A stretch of 64,000 nucleotides of DNA from a candidate division FCPU426 bacterium. Its GTDB lineage: Bacteria; Oederibacteriota; Muellerivitia; Muellerivitales; Muellerivitaceae. Positions 8,013 through 15,794 of the stretch are shown here, piece by piece. Both the position numbers and the translations under genes were made by a program. The notes beneath the pieces were generated by a model. That model saw only the letters and a program-made list of their open reading frames with translations, ran no database searches and was not told the DNA's origin. The stretch spans positions 160,001 through 224,000 of the forward strand of contig CAWKAR010000039.1 in the NCBI GenBank assembly GCA_963847625.1, read 5' to 3'. Each line of letters opens with the position of its first letter. Within the stretch, counting starts at the first letter, position 1.

Positions 8013-10205
8013 ATGATCACGTTTGATCCCGATAAAAAACTGTTCCGGCTGGACGCCAAGGGCTTTTCCTGCCTCTTGGGCGTCCCGCCCCAGGGCGGCC
8101 TGCACCACCTCTATTGGGGCCCGCCATTGGAGAAATGGGTCACCGAAAAGCTTTTCCTGGATTGGCAGGTTAAGACGGCGAATAACAGCCCCAACGCCGC
8201 TTACGAGGCTTACAACCGGGAATTCGCCGACTTCGGCCACAACGACCTTCGAACCCCGGCCTTCCTGCTGGAGCAGTCGGACGGGTCGCGCGTGAGTTTT
8301 TTCACCTACCTTCGCCATGAGATCCTAGCCGGCAAACCGGCCTTTCCGGGCCTGCCCTCCTCCACGGTGGAGAAAGAAGACGAGGCCCGAACGCTCGTCA
8401 TCACCCTGGCCGATGAGGCGGCGCAGCAGGAACTCACCCTTTATTACACCCTCTATCCCGAATGGGACATCCTCATCCGGCGGACCCGCCTCCTCAACCA
8501 GGGAACCGGGCCTTGCCGAATCCTGAAGCTCATGAGCCTGGGATTAGACCTTCCGGCGGCGGACTACAAACTCATCAGCTTCGGAGGCGCCTGGGCGCGC
8601 GAACGCCATTTCCAGGAAAGGCCCCTCCTGCAGGGGATCGTCCGGCTGGAAAGCCGCCGGGGCATTTCCTCCCACGACCTGAACCCCTTCGTCATGGTCG
8701 CCAAAGCGGGGGCCGGGGAGGAGGAAGGCAGGGTTTACGGCCTGTCCCTGGCCTACAGCGGCAATTGGCTCCTGGAGGCCGAGGTTTATCACGACCACCG
8801 GCTGCGCTTGAACAACGGGATCAACGACTTTGGTTTCAAATGGACCCTGGATCCGGGGCAGAGTTTCACGACGCCCGAGTGCGTGACAAGCTATTCCGAA
8901 AAGGGCTATGACGGCCTCAGCCAGGCGTTCCATAGGTTCGTCCGGCAAAGAGTGGCGAGAGGCACCTGGCGCGACAAACCCCGGCCCATTCTCATCAACA
9001 ACTGGGAGGCCACTTATTTTAATTTCAAACATGAAGATATTGTCCGAATTGGAAAATCCGCCAAGGAATTGGGCGTCGAACTGCTGGTGTTGGACGACGG
9101 CTGGTTCGGGGAACGGGACAAGGACGATTCCTCACTAGGGGACTGGTTCGAGGACCCCAAGAAGATTCCAAAGGGATTGAAGGGTCTCGGGGAGGAACTT
9201 CACGGCCTGGGACTCCTGTTCGGGATTTGGGTCGAGCCGGAAATGGTCAGCCCGAGGAGCCGCCTGTACGAGAAACACCCGGACTGGTGCCTGCATGTGC
9301 CGGGACGGGAGCGCAAGACCGCCCGCGACCAGTTGGTGCTGGACATGGGGCAGAAGGAGATCCGGGACTTCCTCTTCGAGACCCTGTCCCGGGTGTTCGA
9401 GGAGGGAAAGGCCGATTACGTGAAATGGGACATGAACCGCCCCCTCAGCGAGGTGGGGAGCCTTGCCCTGCCGCCCCACCGGCAATCCGAGGTGTCCCAC
9501 CGTTACGTGCTGGGGCTTTACGAGTTGATGGAGAGGCTCAATAAAAGGTTTCCCGGGGTCCTCTTCGAGGGCTGCGCGGGCGGCGGCGGCCGTTTCGACC
9601 TGGGCATCCTGAGCTACCACCCCCAAATCTGGTCCTCGGACAACATGGATGGCTTGGACCGGATGTTGATCCAGTACGGGACCACCTTCGGCTACCCGCC
9701 CATCGCCCAGGGCTCCCACGTTTCCTCCTCGCCAAACCACATCACCAAGAGGGAATCGCCCCTCAAGTGGCGGGCCCACCTGGCCATGTCGGCCAATTTC
9801 GGCCTGGAACTTGACGTTTCCGAATGGAGCAAGGCCGAACGGAAGGAAATGGCCGGGTATATCGCCCTCTATAAGGAAATCCGGGAAACCGTGCAGTTCG
9901 GGAATTTCCACCGGTTGGAAAGCCCCTACGGCACTGAAAGGTGCTCCTGGATGTTCACTAGTCCCGGCTTGAGGGAAGCACTGCTGTTCGTGTTCCAGGT
10001 GAAGCCTCCCCAGGAGCCTTCCGCGGTAAAACCCATCCGCTTGAGGGGTTTGGATCCAAACCAGTATTATGAAATACTTGGAAAAAAATTGTTTTTTACG
10101 GGGAAGAAACTCATGGAGAAAGGCTGGCTGCCGGAGACCTTCCGGGCCGGGAACATTCCCGGTCCGCTGCATTGCGGTTTATTCCGGATTCAGGCGAAAG
10201 GCTGA
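8013..10205 (+). CDS. Alpha-galactosidase, GH36 (no signal peptide)
   Basis: NNWEATYF, VLDDGWFG, FGIWVEPEM, YVKWDMNR, EGCAGGGGRFD and WSSDN motifs. Confidence 0.95.
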   Translation: MITFDPDKKLFRLDAKGFSCLLGVPPQGGLHHLYWGPPLEKWVTEKLFLDWQVKTANNSPNAAYEAYNREFADFGHNDLRTPAFLLEQSDGSRVSFFTYLRHEILAGKPAFPGLPSSTVEKEDEARTLVITLADEAAQQELTLYYTLYPEWDILIRRTRLLNQGTGPCRILKLMSLGLDLPAADYKLISFGGAWARERHFQERPLLQGIVRLESRRGISSHDLNPFVMVAKAGAGEEEGRVYGLSLAYSGNWLLEAEVYHDHRLRLNNGINDFGFKWTLDPGQSFTTPECVTSYSEKGYDGLSQAFHRFVRQRVARGTWRDKPRPILINNWEATYFNFKHEDIVRIGKSAKELGVELLVLDDGWFGERDKDDSSLGDWFEDPKKIPKGLKGLGEELHGLGLLFGIWVEPEMVSPRSRLYEKHPDWCLHVPGRERKTARDQLVLDMGQKEIRDFLFETLSRVFEEGKADYVKWDMNRPLSEVGSLALPPHRQSEVSHRYVLGLYELMERLNKRFPGVLFEGCAGGGGRFDLGILSYHPQIWSSDNMDGLDRMLIQYGTTFGYPPIAQGSHVSSSPNHITKRESPLKWRAHLAMSANFGLELDVSEWSKAERKEMAGYIALYKEIRETVQFGNFHRLESPYGTERCSWMFTSPGLREALLFVFQVKPPQEPSAVKPIRLRGLDPNQYYEILGKKLFFTGKKLMEKGWLPETFRAGNIPGPLHCGLFRIQAKG

Positions 10206-10288
10206 TGACAGTTAAGGATGAGTGGCAAACCATCGGCCGGGAAAGACCAGCGGTTCTTCTAAAATAGTAATAGTGAAGGGAATTGAAA

Positions 10289-11635
10289 ATGAAACGGATT
10301 TTAACCTTTGGTCTGGCAGTTGCTTTACTTCAATGTTGGACGGTTTACGCCCAAATCGATAGAAAAGACGAATTTAATAAACCTAGTAATGAAAAGAACA
10401 ACAACCAGCCAGCGGAAGCGACAGTAGAAAAGCCGGCCAGGCCCGCTCCGGCTGTGGCGGCGCCAAGCAAACCGGTAAGAATTGATATCAGCAAACCTGC
10501 TTTCCGGAATAATAGCGGTCCGTCCCGCCCGAGCCAGCCAGCCCCCCAAGTTTCCCAACCCGCGCCCCAGGATTCCAATCCAGCCCCCCAAGCCCCCCAG
10601 CCCGCGCCCCAAGCCGCCAAGCCGGCCCCACAGGTTGTTTACCAGCATAAGGTCGGTGTCGCCGGCACGTTCGACAGCGCGGCCATCCGGCAGCAGCCCA
10701 ATATCCACTGGAACACCCGGCCCGCCATGGCTGTCAATGCCACCCAATTCGTGACTGTGGCCCCCACCAACAACGTGGCCCACCACCACCATCCCTTCAC
10801 GGCGGGGTACGTCCGCAAGAAGCTCCAGAAACTGGGGGTGACCAGCCTGGCCCATTTCATCACCGACCGCCAACAAATAATGGTCGCGGACAAGGGCCAT
10901 TCGGCCATCCGTTTCCCTCAAAAGGGACCCGACCGCCAGCCCCTGACGGCCACGGTCATCCCGGCGAAAAGCTTTAACGATCCGGACGTGCTCAATCACA
11001 TGAACCTGATCCATGGCGATGAAATGACGCGGCAAATGAACCAGCTGACCCAGACTGAACTCCGGGCGAAACATTATTACTGGCACAGCGGTGACGGGTT
11101 CAATTACTGCCATTATGTGGACAACTGGGGCTACCACTGGTACGGATGGTACCTGGGCGACAGGTGTTTTTGGACCCGCTATTACCAGGACCGCTCGTGG
11201 TTCTACGACTCGGATAACGACCGCTGGTGTTTCTGGGACAACGGTTACTGGTGGTGGCAGGATCCCTACCACGTGGCGGACCTGTATTTTTACTCCAACG
11301 GGCAGTACATTCCCTGCGATTCCGCCAAGGACACCTTGGTGACCGCGACCCAGGCGGTCAACGAATCCGTTTATACCAGCCCCGACGGGACCCGGATGGT
11401 GAAGGTGATCACGGATACCAGCGACGCGTTCCTGTTTGACGCGGCCATCCCGCCTACCTTCAGCCCCATTTACCTGGCTTCCCAGGTGACGGGGGTGAAA
11501 TTTTCAAACCCTTCCGACAACCAGCCCCTGGAGATCATGGTCACCCTGAACGACGGGAGCTTCGACCTGTACGACAGCCAGGGAAATCCCCTGAACTTCG
11601 GCGACGCCGACGCCCAGCCCGCCGGGGGGAATTAA
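10289..11635 (+). CDS. Secreted hypothetical protein with PAPQ repeats and a Trp/Tyr-rich region
   Basis: Signal peptide ending VYA; low-complexity Pro/Gln region; HYYWH..YHWYGWY..FWTRYY..WCFWDNGYWWW tract; TTG at 10283 is an alternative start. Confidence 0.75.
   Translation: MKRILTFGLAVALLQCWTVYAQIDRKDEFNKPSNEKNNNQPAEATVEKPARPAPAVAAPSKPVRIDISKPAFRNNSGPSRPSQPAPQVSQPAPQDSNPAPQAPQPAPQAAKPAPQVVYQHKVGVAGTFDSAAIRQQPNIHWNTRPAMAVNATQFVTVAPTNNVAHHHHPFTAGYVRKKLQKLGVTSLAHFITDRQQIMVADKGHSAIRFPQKGPDRQPLTATVIPAKSFNDPDVLNHMNLIHGDEMTRQMNQLTQTELRAKHYYWHSGDGFNYCHYVDNWGYHWYGWYLGDRCFWTRYYQDRSWFYDSDNDRWCFWDNGYWWWQDPYHVADLYFYSNGQYIPCDSAKDTLVTATQAVNESVYTSPDGTRMVKVITDTSDAFLFDAAIPPTFSPIYLASQVTGVKFSNPSDNQPLEIMVTLNDGSFDLYDSQGNPLNFGDADAQPAGGN
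10535..10639 (+). repeat. Five degenerate 21-bp tandem coding repeats (xPAPQxx)
   Basis: QPAPQVS QPAPQDS NPAPQAP QPAPQAA KPAPQVV. Confidence 0.8.
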
Positions 11636-11655
11636 AGGCTTCCTGCGCCGATTTT

Positions 11656-12837
11656 CTATCCCTTCACCACCAGGATCTGCCTGAGCTCGAACACCGGTTC
11701 CACCAAATCCTGCTGGTTACGCATGACCTCGTCGATGTCCTTGTAGGCCCCCGGAATCTCATCCAGAACGCCCTCGTCCTTGCGGCACTCGACGTCCCTG
11801 GTCTGCTCCAAGAGGTCCTTGACACTAAACTTGCGGCGGGCCTCGCCCCGCGACATGCGGCGGCCCGCACCGTGTGAACAGGAGCAGAAGGATTCCGGGT
11901 TTCCCTTGCCCCGCACAATGAAGGACTTCGTGCCCATGGAACCTGGAATGATGCCCCATTCACCCTCACCGGCACGCACCGCGCCTTTGCGGGTCACCCA
12001 GACTTCCCCTCCAAAATGTTTCTCCCGCGCCACGTAATTGTGGTGGCAGTTGACTTCCTTGAAGCGCTGGAGGGGGACCCCTTCGTTGAACAATCGGGAG
12101 AGGATTTCCAGGATCCGGTCCATCATCTCCACGCGGTTCTGGAGGGCATAATCCTGGCACCAGCGCAGGTCCTCCAGGTACTCGGCGAAGGCATCACTAT
12201 CCTCCGTTAGGTAGGCCAGGTCCGTGTCCGGAAGCTGGATTTTACCGGCGATCATGAGGGATTTAGCCTCCTGGATGTGCCGCTCGGCCAGGCGGTTGCC
12301 CACGTGGCGGGAACCACTATGAAGCATGATCCAGACGTTCTTTTCAGCGTCCAGGCAAACTTCGATGAAATGGTTGCCGCCGCCGAGGGAACCCAACTGA
12401 CGCAGGGCGGTTTTTTCCAAGGTGGCGTCCAGGTGGCGGCTGTGCCTCTTTTTCCAGCCTCCCCAGCGGCCCACCGAGGATGTGACGTTCCGGTTGCCCT
12501 CGAAACCCACGGGCACGGCGTTCTCGATGTGGGAGCGGATATCCCGCGCCCGGTCCGCGACTTTTTCGGGATCCAGGCCCGTCTGGACCGCCATCATTCC
12601 GCAGCCAATATCCACCCCCACGCAGGCGGGAACAATGGCGCCCCGGGTGGCCACCACCGAGCCCACAGTGGCGCCCTTGCCCAGGTGAACGTCGGGCATG
12701 ACGGCCACGTGCTTGAAGACGAAGGGAAGGGAAGCGGTGTTTTCCAACTGCCTTAAGGTGTCCGGATCCACCTGGGATTCCGGGACCCACATCTTGATGG
12801 GAAAGGGAGCGCGGTGGATCTCGGCTTGAATGGGCAT
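11656..12837 (-). CDS. rtcB: RNA-splicing/repair ligase RtcB
   Basis: MPDVH, GVDIGCG, GGGNHF, HSGSR, HHNY, RKGA, PGSMG, SHGAGR and DEIPGAYK motifs all intact. Confidence 0.95.
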   Translation of the reverse strand: MPIQAEIHRAPFPIKMWVPESQVDPDTLRQLENTASLPFVFKHVAVMPDVHLGKGATVGSVVATRGAIVPACVGVDIGCGMMAVQTGLDPEKVADRARDIRSHIENAVPVGFEGNRNVTSSVGRWGGWKKRHSRHLDATLEKTALRQLGSLGGGNHFIEVCLDAEKNVWIMLHSGSRHVGNRLAERHIQEAKSLMIAGKIQLPDTDLAYLTEDSDAFAEYLEDLRWCQDYALQNRVEMMDRILEILSRLFNEGVPLQRFKEVNCHHNYVAREKHFGGEVWVTRKGAVRAGEGEWGIIPGSMGTKSFIVRGKGNPESFCSCSHGAGRRMSRGEARRKFSVKDLLEQTRDVECRKDEGVLDEIPGAYKDIDEVMRNQQDLVEPVFELRQILVVKG

Positions 12838-12890
12838 GATCGGGCCTCGGAAACCTTACGCCGGTTTTTACATTGTTTCTTAGGGTCTGA

Positions 12891-15479
12891 TTACTTCGCG
12901 ACGATCAACAGCGCCGAGAAAGCCGGCACGTCGATCTTTAGTTCCGCGCCCGTGGCGGTCTTAGGGCCCGAGTCGTACAACCTCTTGCCCATGCTTTCGG
13001 CCAGCGTGTAAACATGGTAGCCGGAAACCGCTTCCGGCATAGTCACGACGGTTTCCAGGTCCGTATCGTGGTTCTTGTTAACCAGGATGACGTAGGTTTT
13101 CGCCGTGTCCTTGGCCGCGAAGGAATAGAGGTCCGGGTTGGAACTGGTGCAGTCCACGTAGTTCCCGCCCACCTTGGAGCCCTTGTCATCGTAGTTGCTG
13201 TAGAGTTTTTGGCCGAGGAAAACGTAGTTGCCATCCCAGGCGTTGCCCCAGTCGCAGGCCAGGTCCATGCCTTCCCGCATGAAGATGCCGAGGTTCACGG
13301 TCTCCAGCAGGCCGCCGTGGTAGTAATGGGAGCTGGAGGGGTAGTACTCGGTCATGGCCAGCTTGGTCCCGGGGTAGGTTTTCTCGATGATTTTCTTCAG
13401 CTTGGGGATGAGCCCAGCCCAAGGGTCCCATAAGTACGGCTTCAACTCCGGCAAGGCGCACCAGCTGTCCGGACTCTCGAAAGTCGGGTCGTAGAAAATC
13501 CTCAAGGCGTCGAACTGCTTGGGGGTCAACACCGGATCATAGGGAAAATCCCCCAATACGTTGATTTTCTCACCCTTCCCGTTCTTGCCCCAGACCTCGG
13601 GGAAGCCGTGGTCGTCCACGTAGTCAATCAGCCTTTTACCGGCTTTTTTGGAGCGCTTGGCCATCTCGCTGAGGAAATACTCGAACTGGGAGACGTTTCC
13701 ATGGGCTTTCCGGTCGGTCCAGCGCAGGTCCTCGGTCTTGAGGCCGCTCTCCCCTATCTGGTATCCCTTCTCGCCGCCGGGCATGTAGTCCCATGCGGAG
13801 CCCGCCAGCTCCTTTGCACCCCAGGCCACCATGCCGATGACCTTCGAGTCGGGGTCGGCGGATTTCACCGCCTCCGCGTATTGGGCGTTCAGGTTCACCA
13901 TGTCGTCATAGCCGATGCCCTTGGGGTTCACGTCCCGGTGGGTCCAGCACCACAGCCCCGGCTCGTTGTCCATCTGGTAGAATTTGACGCCGCCCTTGGA
14001 GGCGGAGCCGAAACTCTTGACGCAGGCCTCCACCCATTCCTTCATGAAAGCCGGGTCCGACTTGACGTAGTTGTAGTTGGGGTCGTTGTCCCAGACGAAC
14101 TTGTTGCCGGGCAATTGGCCGTTGCCGGCGCCCTGTCCGTCGCTTCCAGCCTGGCCGGGATACTTGGAGGTCGGGAAGGAACAGAGTTCCGGCCCGCCCT
14201 TCGGGGGGGCCTTGGCCACCCAGCCGATGATGGGGATGGTCAGGATGGGCTCGGCTCCGCCCTTGAAGGTGTCCTCGATGAACTGGTAATACTGCTTGTC
14301 CTTCTCGGGAGCGCCGGGGCCCGCCTTGGACGTGTTGAGGAAATACCAGTCGGAGCCGCGGTTGTCCGCGTCCTCCTTCCAATTGTAGTTGGTGGTGGCG
14401 TTGCCGCCCCAGCGGTTCAGGGTCCCGCCGGCTTTCTTGAGGCTCCCGGAGGACATGTAATTGAAACCGAATATATAGGGTGAAATGGCATGGCCCAGCT
14501 TGCCGGAAAGCGTCACTTGAGCCTTCGCCGAGGCCGCAGGGGCCGCCGTGACGGTCACGGATTGGTAGGAAGAAGTCTGTTTGCCGCTCGCCGCCGCCAC
14601 TCCCACTATGTGGGAACCGGTACCCGGAAGGACGGATAGGGGGAGCTTCACCTTCCTTTTAGCGGCGCCTTCCACCCGTCCTGCCGCCTTCCCGTCCACC
14701 GTCACCAGATACTTTTCGACGTCCTCGTCGTTGGACTTGTCCCAAACCACTTCCACGCCGCCCGACACCCTCAGCCAGCCCAGGTTTTCCACCGGAGTGA
14801 GGAGTTGGGCGTTCGTAAAGTAGATTTTATCCAGGTGAACGTAAACGGGCTTGTTGTTGGGGTAACTTCCGGCCAGGTCGAGGCGGATGGTCTTGACTTG
14901 GGACGCGTCCAGCTTGGCGAGGTCCGGGACCGAGGCGAAGGGAACGACCACCCGAGTCCAAGTTTCCCCGATTTTGTGGCCCTCCGCGAAATCTGAAAGT
15001 TTCACCGTGCCGGAGGCGGAGGAATCCGTGGTACCGATGATCGCCAGGTTCATGTCGATGTCCGGGTCGTTGGACCTGGCGTAAAGCACCACGTACTTGG
15101 CTTGGGAGAGGTCCAGAGCGCTCCAGGAGTTGTTGAAAGCGATGCCGCCGCCCGCCCAGCGTTTGCCCCAGAACTGGTCGGTGGCGCTGGTGACGGAGAC
15201 GAACTCGAAAGACAGGCAGTTGCCGGAATCCTCACCATCGTAAATCACCCATTCGGGATGGTCGCCGAGGGTTTTGGGGTCGATTTTTTCCTTGCCGACG
15301 TCCGGCCGCAGGACGAACTTGTGCTGGTCACCCACGCAAAGGATGCTGACTCCTCCCTTTCCGTCCTTGCCGGAGGCGTCGGCCCAGCAGGGCCCGAAGA
15401 AGGAGATGTCTTCATCCGCCCGGACCAGGCTGGGCAGGATCATGAGGAAGGCTATGAAAGAAAAAAGGATTTTACGCAT
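12891..15479 (-). CDS. Secreted GH44 endoglucanase/xyloglucanase with N-terminal CBM-like and Fn3-like domains
   Basis: Signal peptide; NRWGGNATTNYNW, DNEPGLW..THRDV and KLAMTEY GH44 motifs; N-terminal beta-sandwich ending VHLDKIYF. Confidence 0.85.
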   Translation of the reverse strand: MRKILFSFIAFLMILPSLVRADEDISFFGPCWADASGKDGKGGVSILCVGDQHKFVLRPDVGKEKIDPKTLGDHPEWVIYDGEDSGNCLSFEFVSVTSATDQFWGKRWAGGGIAFNNSWSALDLSQAKYVVLYARSNDPDIDMNLAIIGTTDSSASGTVKLSDFAEGHKIGETWTRVVVPFASVPDLAKLDASQVKTIRLDLAGSYPNNKPVYVHLDKIYFTNAQLLTPVENLGWLRVSGGVEVVWDKSNDEDVEKYLVTVDGKAAGRVEGAAKRKVKLPLSVLPGTGSHIVGVAAASGKQTSSYQSVTVTAAPAASAKAQVTLSGKLGHAISPYIFGFNYMSSGSLKKAGGTLNRWGGNATTNYNWKEDADNRGSDWYFLNTSKAGPGAPEKDKQYYQFIEDTFKGGAEPILTIPIIGWVAKAPPKGGPELCSFPTSKYPGQAGSDGQGAGNGQLPGNKFVWDNDPNYNYVKSDPAFMKEWVEACVKSFGSASKGGVKFYQMDNEPGLWCWTHRDVNPKGIGYDDMVNLNAQYAEAVKSADPDSKVIGMVAWGAKELAGSAWDYMPGGEKGYQIGESGLKTEDLRWTDRKAHGNVSQFEYFLSEMAKRSKKAGKRLIDYVDDHGFPEVWGKNGKGEKINVLGDFPYDPVLTPKQFDALRIFYDPTFESPDSWCALPELKPYLWDPWAGLIPKLKKIIEKTYPGTKLAMTEYYPSSSHYYHGGLLETVNLGIFMREGMDLACDWGNAWDGNYVFLGQKLYSNYDDKGSKVGGNYVDCTSSNPDLYSFAAKDTAKTYVILVNKNHDTDLETVVTMPEAVSGYHVYTLAESMGKRLYDSGPKTATGAELKIDVPAFSALLIVAK

Positions 15480-15608
15480 GTCAGGGACTCCTTGGAGTGG
15501 AATGAAGCGGCATTATAGCAGGCAATAGGACGGCCAAACTATAAATGGAAATGCGGGGATTGAAGCGGGAAAAAGGATGCTTTTCCAGGGAAGCGCTTTT
15601 GAATAATA

Positions 15609-15644
15609 TGAAACTTATTTCAATTTGTTTCATTGCTTGAAACA
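15609..15644. promoter_or_regulatory. Candidate operator in the divergent GH44/GH2 intergenic region
   Basis: Contains TGAAAC/GTTTCA half-sites; 19/24 match to 22322-22345. Confidence 0.4.
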
Positions 15645-15794
15645 AACACTTCCAGTAAAACTCGACAGGCGTTTGGGAATGGATTAGCCGTTATTCCGGA
15701 ATATTTTTTATCCGGGTAAAACCCCGGCCTTTTATATAAACTACCACACTAATTACAGCTTACTTTATTGATTTTAATGAGCTTTAGGGGCTTT

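Noticed and set aside
10221..10260. c-di-GMP-I riboswitch (GGCAAACC...GAAA)
   Set aside because: The P2 stem does not pair properly, and the downstream GACGCAAAGC element and P3 are missing.
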